Below, piece by piece: positions 8,537 to 17,900 of a stretch of 64,000 nucleotides of DNA. A program made the position numbers and the translations under genes. The notes under the pieces were generated by a model. The model saw only the letters and a list, made by a program, of their open reading frames with translations, did not search any database and was not told the origin of the DNA. How positions within the stretch are numbered: the stretch's first letter is position 1; each line of letters begins with the position of its first letter. Source of the stretch: an uncultured Lentimicrobiaceae bacterium. Its GTDB lineage: Bacteria; Bacteroidota; Bacteroidia; Bacteroidales; WCHB1-69. The stretch covers positions 150,543 through 214,542 of the forward strand of contig CAZRCF010000001.1 of assembly GCA_964598505.1 (NCBI GenBank), read 5' to 3'.

Positions 8537-9040
8537 TTACATTTTACCTTCGTAACACTCGATTGTTTTTTCTAATTTCAAAACGTAATCAATTACAATA
8601 AGATAATTTTCTGTTATTTGTTTAATTGTCCATCCACTAACGTCGGTCGAGTTGGAGACGGGCAATACTTCTCCGTCGGCTTTTGTACTACCGGCATCGA
8701 GCAGGCCACGAGAATTAAAGAAATAAGTAATATCACTAATAGTTTTTTCATCTTTTTCTCCTATGCATTTTGTTGCTTTTATTTTATTAACAGAAATCAT
8801 TATACTAGCTGCATCATTTGTTATTTTCTGTTGTTCCTTTTGTGCCTTTTTTGCCGCTAAAATTGTTGATTTATAATCCGAAATTTGTCCGGTTAAATCA
8901 ACATTAGTTACAGTTAGCGCATTAATTTGTCCTGCTTGTTTAACTACTGTGTTTCGTTGCCATAAATATAATCCCGAAACAATTATAACTACAACAGCTA
9001 AAATCATTAATATAATATTCTTTGGATTAAGATACCACAT
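8537..9040 (-). CDS. N-terminally anchored coiled-coil protein, possible Rz-like i-spanin
   Basis: Single N-terminal TM (IILMILAVVVIIVSGLYLW) followed by a coiled-coil-like region. Lies immediately downstream of the endolysin. Confidence 0.4.
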   Translation of the reverse strand: MWYLNPKNIILMILAVVVIIVSGLYLWQRNTVVKQAGQINALTVTNVDLTGQISDYKSTILAAKKAQKEQQKITNDAASIMISVNKIKATKCIGEKDEKTISDITYFFNSRGLLDAGSTKADGEVLPVSNSTDVSGWTIKQITENYLIVIDYVLKLEKTIECYEGKM

Positions 9041-9052
9041 TGAATCTCCTTT

Positions 9053-9469
9053 CTATGGGTGAAATAAATATATTCTATTTTTTCCTTGTGGTGGTTCAAA
9101 TCTATCAAAATGAAACCAATTGACTTTTGCTTCTATTCGATTAATAAACTTTAATAATGGATTATCTTGATTAGCAAGAACCTTTTGTCTTACTTCTTCT
9201 GGTGTCATATCTTGAACATCAACATCAAATCCTTTTCCTTTGCGATGTGGACTTTTTGGCGCACCAACGGTACACCATCCAGGTCTATATCCTCTAAAAG
9301 AAAATGTACCACCTTCATGCCAGTTATTACAAGTAACTGGGACACCTATAAATTCTCTAAAATCATCTAACATGGTAAGCGCAGTATCATCAAATAATTG
9401 CCAGCATTTTATACCAAATTGATCAAATGTTCTTTTATCTACAATTTCTTCAAGCTTAAAATATTGCAT
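9053..9469 (-). CDS. peptidase M15 family endolysin (L-Ala-D-Glu / D-Ala-D-Ala peptidase fold)
   Basis: SPHRKGKGFDVDV and WFHFD match the H-x6-D ... H zinc triad pattern. Start set at MQYFKLEE (AAGGAG upstream), which avoids overlap with the tRNA. Confidence 0.75.
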   Translation of the reverse strand: MQYFKLEEIVDKRTFDQFGIKCWQLFDDTALTMLDDFREFIGVPVTCNNWHEGGTFSFRGYRPGWCTVGAPKSPHRKGKGFDVDVQDMTPEEVRQKVLANQDNPLLKFINRIEAKVNWFHFDRFEPPQGKNRIYLFHP

Positions 9470-9509
9470 TCCAATCAATCTCCTTATTTTTATTAATATA
9501 TTCTTTAAT

Positions 9510-9597
9510 TGGCGGAGAGAACAGGATTTGAACCTGTGAATCTTTCGATTGCCAGTTTTCAAGACTGGTTCCATAAGCCAAACTCGGACACCTCTCC
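9510..9597 (-). tRNA. tRNA-Ser (anticodon UGA), type II with long variable arm, encoded CCA
   Basis: Hand-folded cloverleaf. Acceptor GGAGAGG/TCTCTCC, anticodon arm CCAGT-CTTGAAA-ACTGG, variable stem AATC-GAAA-GATT, T arm CAGG-TTCAAAT-CCTG. Confidence 0.9.
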
Positions 9598-9604
9598 AAT
9601 TTAT

Positions 9605-10150
9605 TTAAAATACAAATACTGCTGCAGCAACTACAGATGTGTATCCACCATAAACATATGCTGATTGAGTTATATTTCTAGTTTCAACTATTTTTCCACT
9701 TATTTTAAAGATTTCTTTCTTTTCATCCCAACTATCATCAACATTAAATTCAACACCAAGTGTTGTAGCTAACATTCCAGCTGCAAGATCTTCAGCATAA
9801 TCACCTGCTAGTTTTTTAGTTTGACCAAATGAATGATGTTCGCTTATATATCCATATGAATTTCTATCTGTAGGAATTGCACAACCGACAGAGGATACTA
9901 ATAAACGTTTATTTTCATTACTACAATTTCTACTCATAACACAATGAGTTATTGCGCCCGGTATCAATTGTTTTAGTCCTTCTTTTTTAGATATAACTTT
10001 ACAGTTTGGTGGGAAAATACTTGAAACTGTAACAAGATTACATTTTTCAATTCCAGCATTTCGCAATGCTCTTTCGAAAGAATGCAATTCATCTTTATGA
10101 TGTCCAACACCTCTTGTAAAAAATATCTTTTTAGGTACAAATGATTGCAT
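9605..10150 (-). CDS. pdaD: pyruvoyl-dependent arginine decarboxylase
   Basis: Full-length resemblance to the PvlArgDC family: FFTRGVG.H...L.SFE.ALR.AGIEK.NLV.VSSI.PP (self-cleavage VSS site), GY.SEHH, AEDLAA.MLAT. Confidence 0.8.
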   Translation of the reverse strand: MQSFVPKKIFFTRGVGHHKDELHSFERALRNAGIEKCNLVTVSSIFPPNCKVISKKEGLKQLIPGAITHCVMSRNCSNENKRLLVSSVGCAIPTDRNSYGYISEHHSFGQTKKLAGDYAEDLAAGMLATTLGVEFNVDDSWDEKKEIFKISGKIVETRNITQSAYVYGGYTSVVAAAVFVF

Positions 10151-10167
10151 TGTTGCCTCCTTGATAA

Positions 10168-10773
10168 TTATAATTCTTCTTCATAAATCTTTTCTACATT
10201 ACAAGTTTCAATTTGAACATAATTAGGATAATCTGAAAAAATTTCTAATTCTAGAATTTTATGAGTTTTTTCTTTATCCAATCCACCTGATTCTTGTTCG
10301 TATTCATTAGTCCAATAATTATGACTGCCACTTGGTGGAAAATAAATTCCAGTTTTTCTAATGAATACTTTTCTAACTTTTGATGTTATTCCAACTAGCT
10401 CTTGCCGATATTTAGAAAATATTTTACGTTCTTTACCACCAAATTGTTCAGATTTAAGATATTCATATGCAAGAGCTGAAATAATTTTATTATATGGTCT
10501 TGAATTGTGTCCATTTACAATAATATCTGGAAATAGTGGTGTTCGGTTATAAATTGTTTTATTAAGAAATTCAACAATTTTATTATGATAAAATTCTTTC
10601 ACTTTTTCCATAGCATCATAAATTGACATTGGATACCCAATTCTGATAATTATTTCCGGATTGGTTATTTTTATTATATCACCAACTCTTATGATCTTTG
10701 GATTGAGCTTCTTTTTTTCCTTGAATATTTCTTTAGCCATTATATCTGATGCATGAACGTTAAATTTTGTCAT
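10168..10773 (-). CDS. hypothetical protein (201 aa)
   Basis: ORF track. Lies immediately upstream of, and may be coupled to, the arginine decarboxylase gene. Confidence 0.55.
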   Translation of the reverse strand: MTKFNVHASDIMAKEIFKEKKKLNPKIIRVGDIIKITNPEIIIRIGYPMSIYDAMEKVKEFYHNKIVEFLNKTIYNRTPLFPDIIVNGHNSRPYNKIISALAYEYLKSEQFGGKERKIFSKYRQELVGITSKVRKVFIRKTGIYFPPSGSHNYWTNEYEQESGGLDKEKTHKILELEIFSDYPNYVQIETCNVEKIYEEEL

Positions 10774-10778
10774 TTTTG

Positions 10779-10946
10779 TTATTCCATAATAACATCTAAG
10801 TTAGCATTTTCAGACATATCTATTGTTTCTATAATAGAATTTTTTACTATTTTTTCTTTTCCACAGTTTGAGCATTTATATATTATTTGATTTTTTTCTT
10901 CTCGTGAAGATAATACTCCTCCACATTCGCTACATACTTTTACCAT
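10779..10946 (-). CDS. small zinc-ribbon protein (55 aa)
   Basis: Hand translation gives MVKVCSECGG...YKCSNCGKE (two CxxC pairs). GGAGGG lies 5 nt upstream. Confidence 0.5.
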   Translation of the reverse strand: MVKVCSECGGVLSSREEKNQIIYKCSNCGKEKIVKNSIIETIDMSENANLDVIME

Positions 10947-10968
10947 ATAACCCTCCTAAAAATAAAAC

Positions 10969-10998
10969 ATTGGGATAGAGCCGAAGCCCCATCCCAAT
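10969..10998 (-). terminator. intrinsic terminator with UUCG-type loop
   Basis: Minus strand reads ATTGGGATGGGGC-TTCG-GCTCTATCCCAAT followed by GTTTTATTTTT. Confidence 0.75.
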
Positions 10999-11005
10999 TT
11001 AAAAA

Positions 11006-11419
11006 TTAACTCAATACTGTACCAGTCGGTACAAATGGTTTTACTAAATTATCTTCTACAGGTCTAGCATTCAAAATAGAAGCTTCTTTTTTCTCTTTAC
11101 CAGCTTTTCTAATAGTTATAAAAGTTGATTCTTTTTGAGTAACAATCTCTGAGTATTTTGATGGACCAACAGTTTCCATTAACAACTTTAAATCTGTTGT
11201 AGATCGTGAGGTTGTTTGATATGCGGCTTTCCATTTTTCACCATTTGAAAGATCAACGATTTTTTCATTAGTTTGATCTTCATGAAGCATACCAGCAATG
11301 TGCTCTTTAACTTTATCCATCCTATCCTCAATTTCACCTTTTTGACGATTTAATAATCTATATTCATCATAATTTTCCCGATATTGTTTTTCTCTTTCGA
11401 AAGTTTCTTGTTCATTCAT
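11006..11419 (-). CDS. hypothetical protein (137 aa)
   Basis: ORF track; coiled-coil-like N-terminus. Confidence 0.55.
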   Translation of the reverse strand: MNEQETFEREKQYRENYDEYRLLNRQKGEIEDRMDKVKEHIAGMLHEDQTNEKIVDLSNGEKWKAAYQTTSRSTTDLKLLMETVGPSKYSEIVTQKESTFITIRKAGKEKKEASILNARPVEDNLVKPFVPTGTVLS

Positions 11420-11440
11420 ATTTTCTATTTTTCTCCATAT

Positions 11441-11659
11441 TCATTTTGATGGATGATGTGTATCCCACCATTCTTGTAATTCTTCTTTTGAACTGATAGG
11501 ACCATTTGACAAGTTTTCTTTTACGTTTTTCTTTATATCTTTTTCTTTTTGTGAACCTGGTTTTACTCTACCTCCACCAGAATAGGTTTCTGTGACCCCA
11601 TAAACAATGAGACCAAGAACAGCACCTATTATCAATTTTCCAAAAAATTCAAACACCAT
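11441..11659 (-). CDS. small membrane protein (72 aa)
   Basis: N-terminal TM segment LIIGAVLGLIVYGV. Confidence 0.5.
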   Translation of the reverse strand: MVFEFFGKLIIGAVLGLIVYGVTETYSGGGRVKPGSQKEKDIKKNVKENLSNGPISSKEELQEWWDTHHPSK

Positions 11660-11680
11660 TGATTACCTCTCTGTATAGAA

Positions 11681-12325
11681 CTATATAATTCTCCAGAGTA
11701 TTGAATCCATATTCTTAATTAATAAAGGTCTAATATAATTATTTACAAACAATTCTGTATCTCCAAAATCTACAAGCTCCATATAGTATGAGAATTTAAA
11801 CAGAAGTTTCTGGTACATTTCATCTTTTTGAACAGTCAGATCAATTCGCTGGAGTTTTATTAATTCGTCTACGATATTTTTTATTATTTTAACTAAATTG
11901 GCTTTGACTAATGTATAATCACCATGAAATTTATTCTGTATGAGAGAATCAAAACCATCTAGGGTATTGCATTTAGTATGATTTAAAAAATTTGGTATGA
12001 TTGTATTGTAACAATCTACACAAACAAAATTATAAATATGATTTCCGGTTTCTATCAATTTTTGGGGTAATATTGTTGAACTGTCGAGATCTACTATTGA
12101 TAAATAATTATCATTGATATAATTTAACATATTTGCATATATGTTAAATTTAAAAGAATTATCAATATTGTCTATATAATTTATTCCCATATTATTAAAA
12201 TTGATATATTGATCTTTAATAATGTCTTCATTTGTTTCTAATTCTTCGTCATTTATAAAATCGTTAGGAATAATAATTAAATTGTTAATATTATCAATTG
12301 AATTAGTATCAATTGGTTGAATCAT
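11681..12325 (-). CDS. hypothetical protein (214 aa)
   Basis: ORF track; GAGGAGGACC SD upstream. Confidence 0.6.
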   Translation of the reverse strand: MIQPIDTNSIDNINNLIIIPNDFINDEELETNEDIIKDQYINFNNMGINYIDNIDNSFKFNIYANMLNYINDNYLSIVDLDSSTILPQKLIETGNHIYNFVCVDCYNTIIPNFLNHTKCNTLDGFDSLIQNKFHGDYTLVKANLVKIIKNIVDELIKLQRIDLTVQKDEMYQKLLFKFSYYMELVDFGDTELFVNNYIRPLLIKNMDSILWRII

Positions 12326-12343
12326 TTATTGGTCCTCCTCATA

Positions 12344-13222
12344 TTATATTAATATATTACCGCCTGTCGCTACCTCAAGAGACTCAATTACATCTACTTT
12401 GATGAATCCTGTATTGCATGACATTGCGGACACATAAGAACCGTCTAGTTGTTTACCAATAGCAATTTCATAATCTTCTGCTGGTATTGAGAAATATGCA
12501 ATACTTCTCAATGCTAAATCTGCATTCGTTTCATCTAATTTTGTTGCTTTCGTATCACTAATATATTCACTAAACAAATAAATAGCAGTATCTGGAACAT
12601 GAATTGCTTTTAATACATTGTCTTGAATCAAATAATCAATATATGCTGCTTCACTTGCTAATCCCATAATAATATTTCTTGTAGTTTTATCTACTTTAAT
12701 ATTACACAATCCAGTTGTCTGAGATAAATCTGGTAGTTTTACAGCCTCGACCAAACTTTCTATCTGTTTTGGTAGAAATAACTTGATCTCGCCGTTAGTA
12801 ATGATAAATCTTGAATTTTCTATATCATTTAAAATAAAAATATCGTTATTGTTTCTAAATGTCTTAAATAGTTTTAAATACTTTTTGGGATTTATAATTT
12901 GTAGGTCGATTTTCTTTCCTTCAAATATTTCTTCTACATTAGAGCTTATAATAGCTCCGGATATATTTTGTGTTATATTGGATTCTTTAATTATTAAAGA
13001 ATCATTACTTGATTTATCAGATACTAATACTCCAAGAACTTTTAATAAACTATCAAATTTCGCAGGGGAAATTTGACAAACTATTTCATTTTCTTCCATT
13101 GGTTTAAAATTTGATATTGACAATGGTGTGGTATTACTCTGATCTACTGCTCCAAAATCTAATGTTGTAGTTTCTTCAACATTAGATTCTTCAAAAGGAT
13201 TATTCTCAACAAACTCTGCCAT
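12344..13222 (-). CDS. hypothetical protein (292 aa)
   Basis: ORF track; GGAGGC SD upstream; no motif recognised. Confidence 0.6.
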   Translation of the reverse strand: MAEFVENNPFEESNVEETTTLDFGAVDQSNTTPLSISNFKPMEENEIVCQISPAKFDSLLKVLGVLVSDKSSNDSLIIKESNITQNISGAIISSNVEEIFEGKKIDLQIINPKKYLKLFKTFRNNNDIFILNDIENSRFIITNGEIKLFLPKQIESLVEAVKLPDLSQTTGLCNIKVDKTTRNIIMGLASEAAYIDYLIQDNVLKAIHVPDTAIYLFSEYISDTKATKLDETNADLALRSIAYFSIPAEDYEIAIGKQLDGSYVSAMSCNTGFIKVDVIESLEVATGGNILI

Positions 13223-13233
13223 TTTGCCTCCAA

Positions 13234-13704
13234 TTAATATCTTAATGTTACTTGTGAACCATCTGAAGAACTTTCTGTTACGACTATTCTATTATATTTT
13301 TTAGGATCTTCTTTTTTAGATGTTAAATACTCATTTATTGATTTACTCATATTAACATTAAATTCTCCGGTAATGTTACTTTCAGGATCACCATAGAATT
13401 TTTTACAAAGTTCAATAGTTTCAAATCCGATAGTAATTACTCTATCAGGTAAGTTAATATTTTGATAGACTCTTGGAGTCTTGCAATTATTAATGTTTAA
13501 AGTTAAAATTTCAGGTATCCAATCATGTGGAATTGTTTTTAACAATCCTGTGCGCTCATATATTTTTTCAGGATCAATTCCATATTGTTCAAATAATTGC
13601 TCATGAAGCATTTTTACTTTCTTTCTGGGTTGGTCCGGCGACATATTACTTTTGTCGGACATATCCAAACCATCCATACTTGTAATTGTTATATTTTTTG
13701 CCAT
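13234..13704 (-). CDS. hypothetical protein (156 aa)
   Basis: ORF track; AAGGAGAAAAT SD upstream. Confidence 0.6.
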   Translation of the reverse strand: MAKNITITSMDGLDMSDKSNMSPDQPRKKVKMLHEQLFEQYGIDPEKIYERTGLLKTIPHDWIPEILTLNINNCKTPRVYQNINLPDRVITIGFETIELCKKFYGDPESNITGEFNVNMSKSINEYLTSKKEDPKKYNRIVVTESSSDGSQVTLRY

Positions 13705-13735
13705 TATTATATTTTCTCCTTAAGAAAAACAAACT

Positions 13736-13765
13736 AATAGAGGGAAGATTTCTCTCCCCTCTATT
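13736..13765 (-). terminator. intrinsic terminator
   Basis: Stem AATAGAGGG/CCCTCTATT followed on the minus strand by AGTTTGTTTTTC. Confidence 0.65.
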
Positions 13766-13770
13766 TAATT

Positions 13771-14496
13771 TTATTTCGTATCGGCAGCTACACGAGTAGC
13801 TACAAGATTTAAATCAACAGGACATCTATCCATTAATGTTGCACCTAATCTACTAGAAATATCATTTGCTAGAGATGCTTCAACAGGATCTAACATTTCA
13901 AGTCGGGATTTATAGTTAAACTTTTGAACTGGTTTAGTATTCCGGACCTTCCATTTTGAACTTTCAAAAGCTCGATATTCTGTTCGTTTAAAGAAACTTC
14001 CATTAACACAATTCACTACAAATTCTTGAACTGATTTGCCGTTAAAGAAATGGCATCCAGTCGGTTTGTAATTTTCTGTGCCAAATTTATTACAAATATT
14101 TTTTACAGCTTCAGCTGACGCCGAAGTCCTACAACTGTTTGAGATATGAATGTGATTAATATCTTGTGGAGAAACTAAAATTTTCATTTCATCCAGATGA
14201 TTACGAATCATCCAATCTTCAAGATCGAAATTTTCATGAATATTTTCCCGAACATCTTCTAAAAATTGAACTTCTAGAACTCGCTGTCCAGCGAATTTAT
14301 CAATAGTTTCAACACCTTGTTTTGGAATTTTTCCAAATTCTGTTTCTCTAATTTTATTTAATTGTTTTAATATTTCATTATTATCTGGATCTCTAAAATT
14401 AAAAGTTTTTGAAAAATGCTGAAAAACAGCATCCTGTAAGAAACCTGTGTTGTCTCTTGCCACCGTCTTAATCATTAATACATTCAAATCTCTCAT
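13771..14496 (-). CDS. hypothetical protein (241 aa)
   Basis: ORF track; AGGGAGGC SD upstream. Confidence 0.6.
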   Translation of the reverse strand: MRDLNVLMIKTVARDNTGFLQDAVFQHFSKTFNFRDPDNNEILKQLNKIRETEFGKIPKQGVETIDKFAGQRVLEVQFLEDVRENIHENFDLEDWMIRNHLDEMKILVSPQDINHIHISNSCRTSASAEAVKNICNKFGTENYKPTGCHFFNGKSVQEFVVNCVNGSFFKRTEYRAFESSKWKVRNTKPVQKFNYKSRLEMLDPVEASLANDISSRLGATLMDRCPVDLNLVATRVAADTK

Positions 14497-14553
14497 TCTA
14501 CAAATTGCCTCCCTTTCTTAAATTAAAAACTGGTTTAAAAAACCTCAAAATTA

Positions 14554-14576
14554 AAATGATCCACGATAGATCATTT
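14554..14576 (-). promoter_or_regulatory. leader hairpin plus U-tract between promoter copy 3 and gene 13771..14496
   Basis: AAATGATC-TATCGTG-GATCATTT followed by TAATTTTGAGGTTTTTT on the minus strand. Confidence 0.4.
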
Positions 14577-14580
14577 CTTC

Positions 14581-14615
14581 ATTCATATTATTTCTATATA
14601 AAAACCTTGAATATA
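14581..14615 (-). promoter_or_regulatory. promoter-like element with ATATAGAAAT block (copy 3)
   Basis: Minus strand reads TTCAAGGTTTTT-ATATAGAAAT-AA-TATGAA. The core is at 14590-14599. Near-identical to copy 4 over about 28 bp. Confidence 0.55.
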
Positions 14616-14629
14616 AAAAATGATAAATG

Positions 14630-14876
14630 TGAAAAAATTGGACCACGTCTGCCATATCACTGAGACTATATTGATTGCAGTCTACCAAACTCAATCATCC
14701 CACAGACCTTATGCCAATTCTTTCCACATATCAAAATAAGGATAACGACCAATAACACAGTAGGATTTAATACCTACAAGTCGGCGAACCGTCTAAAGAT
14801 GTTACTCACATATAGAGATGCAGCAGAGTTGTTCCATTTCACTGGCTCCACATCAACTCCATGTGTTATTGATCCT
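14630..14876 (-). ncRNA. candidate promoter-driven structured non-coding RNA (about 245 nt)
   Basis: ORF-free and visibly GC-richer than its flanks. It starts just downstream of promoter copy 4. A 10-bp closing helix CAATAACACA/TGTGTTATTG encloses several hairpins (GGAGTTG/CAACTCT, a UUCG loop, GTAGG..CCTAC). Confidence 0.4.
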
Positions 14877-14880
14877 CTCT

Positions 14881-14915
14881 AAAAATATTATTTCTATATA
14901 AAAATCTTGAAAATT
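14881..14915 (-). promoter_or_regulatory. promoter-like element with ATATAGAAAT block (copy 4)
   Basis: Minus strand reads TTCAAGATTTTT-ATATAGAAAT-AA-TATTTT. The core is at 14890-14899. It abuts the stop codon of the beta-like gene. Confidence 0.5.
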
Positions 14916-14919
14916 AAAA

Positions 14920-17900
14920 TTAAGTTATATTCAATCCCATACCTAAAATATATAAATTGAATATGTCTTTTGTTCCACCAGTTTTTGAGGATTCAGGAAT
15001 AGAAGGCATATCTCCTGTTTCCATAATAGAATTATACATTTCTCTTTTTACTCGATGTTCATCACTTCTTGGACCAAGTAATTCAGATATAATATTATTA
15101 GCATTATATGTAAGAAATGAATAAATATCAAGACCCGCAATACTTTGTCCACCACCAACATTTTTTCCTTGGGTTGGTTGACGAGTAAGTCCTGTAAATC
15201 TACCTGTTCCTCTTACATTAGAATACACATCTGAATAATGCTCCAAAAACATATAATATGATATACCTACAGGAACAGGAACGTCTGTCCAACGATCAAT
15301 TTCTGGAATATATACCTTTTCTTCTAAAGGAATCTTTAAGAATTCCGCCGCTGAACGAATGCTCTTAAAATCAATATCTTCAAAAGGTTCTACAATACAA
15401 TATAAATTAATTTTATCATCTTTTATAGCTTGTCTTAATTTATTTCCAGAATAACTATTGACATTTTCTGCAACTTGTTTTGCTATCTTTTTTGGTCCAA
15501 CAATATTGTATAAATCAATAATAAACTTAGCTAATTTATCATTAGGAATTTTTGGATCTTCTGCCATTATTTCGAGCTTTTTATTTGCATTGAAGAATAT
15601 TTTTCCAAGGTATAATTCCTTTATCATTGCTACATTCTTGCGTCCCAAAATTGAAATTGGGGAGATAAAGATATCTATCTTTTCTGTAAATTCTCCTTTC
15701 GGAGCTGGATCAAGAAGTTTACTAAGAACTCCTTTTGCTCCAAAACGATTACTTAGCTTATCACCTATATTAACACTTTTTAATCTCTTAATATAATAAA
15801 CAATTCTAGAACCTACAAAAATATTTCCTTTAAGTTTATGATCACCAATGTTTATAAAACTTAAATCCATATTATCTGTAATTGAAAGTTGTTTATCTTT
15901 ATCTTTTATAACGGATGCGAGCTTTGCAATAACTTGTTTTTGTTCTTTTACAAGATTTGAATGAAATGACATAAGTTGTTTATCAGCAGAATTCTTATTA
16001 TTAATGAATACTTTGATATCAACAATTTCACCCTCTGGAGCTAATAATTTGATACTTTTAGAACCCGTTGAGAAAATGTCTTTTGGGGATTCAGAATCAT
16101 CATCTTCTATATCTAAATTTGTCGAATCAAGATATTCATCCAAACTATCTTCATATGAAAATTCAACTAATATATCCCCACTTTTAACATGTTTACCTTT
16201 TTCTATTTCAAGATTTATAATTTTTGTATTTGGGGGAATAATAGCTTGAACTTCTTCAACACTATCTGTCAGTGTTTGATCTGCAAGTTCTTTTGAAATA
16301 ATATAACTATCTTCATGATTCAATCCCATATAATTAAATAAAGCTATATTAATATTTTTACCGGCACAATATGTTCCAGCTTGATTAAAATTCTTTGTAA
16401 AAGCAATAGGTTGATTTGCTTTAAATTTCTCATCAATTCCAAGAGTATTCATTTCAAGAGAAATGTAAGATCCTCTTTTAGTTCTACTCATTCTTGGAAC
16501 TATATCAAAAATATCAATTGTTCCATCTTTATATTTCACAGTAAGTGTTTTATTTTTATCGACATCTGTGATGATTCCATCTTGTTTTGCTCTATGTATA
16601 AATCTTGGTGATGCTAATTGAGGAACAATAAATTCTGCACCAGTACAAACTAATGGTTGTTCAGAATCACTAATTGGAGTGGTTTGATTTGAATGTGTTC
16701 TTGCAAGAGTAAGACGATCACTATCGACTTGATTTTGAAATGGTGTTAAAGATTCATCTAACGCCAGTGTTTGCCATCCAGATAATTGTGTAATATCTTT
16801 AGCTCCATATGAACCATATTTATTTATTATGACCGGGGTAAGCGTGTGATGTGTAGTAAGTCCGACATCCACATACTCTGGCGTACTGACTGCTCCCATG
16901 GTACCATATTGGCTAGGGTGAATATTACGATGTTCTTTTTTGAAACTTTTTCTTGAAGGTACACCGCCTTTACCACCTTTAGTTACTCTACTACTTAACA
17001 TTATTTCCGTTATAGGAGCAACTGGCTCTGTATTCTGAAGAACCCCAGCATCAGTTAATAAACTATTAATAATATAATCTGGGTCTAAAAATACAGCAGC
17101 TTGAGGATCACCTTCTGTAATACGTTTACGATAAGTATTGTGAGAAAGTTTAATTACTTTATAAACTATATTAAGAATAATTTCACTTAATCTTGTTCTA
17201 TAAATTTTAAGATCAGATAAAGAATTCATTTGTTTATTTAGTAATTGATCAACTGCAACTTTTGAAGAAAGCTCTGTTAAATTTGTTGGCATATTTTCAA
17301 ATTGTAAAAGCTCTTTGGTAATTGGATCAACAAAATTCTCACTATTTAATCTAAGAAGAATAATTGATCTTGTACCATATGTTTGAATAATATAATTATA
17401 GATTTCCTGAGGATCATTTAAATCTTTAATTGGTTCCTTTAGTTTAATAGTTGATAATGCATTAACTATTACTCTTTGTTTTAAATTTTCAGGAGTAATC
17501 TTTAAAAATTTGCCATCGGCTTGAGCTACATAAAAAACTCCAGGTTCTGGAGTATCAGTTTCAACAACTTCATAATTTATACCATAATCATTAAGAGTTG
17601 CTAGAAGACCTTTTTGACTCCAAAGATAAAGTATCAATGGCATTTTTATTGCTCCCATATAAATCCATATATATGGAAGAGCTTTTTTAGTTTTTGTTAA
17701 ATTGTCAACCGGATTAGCTGTATGAATTTTATCTAATATAGTATCAAATAAAAACTCATATTTATTTTGTTTTAATAATTCTTTAGTTTCTACATCTTGT
17801 AATCTACCGGATTCAGTATCTGTAGTTATATTTTTATCTTTAGAACTATAAACGCTCTCGCCGGTAAAATAAATAATACTACCATCATTAAATTCACATG

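Noticed and set aside
9470-9574. N-terminal extension of the endolysin ORF (track ORF 9053..9574).
   Set aside because: - The extension reads through the tRNA-Ser gene (9510..9597).
- The internal ATG at 9469 has a perfect AAGGAG SD.
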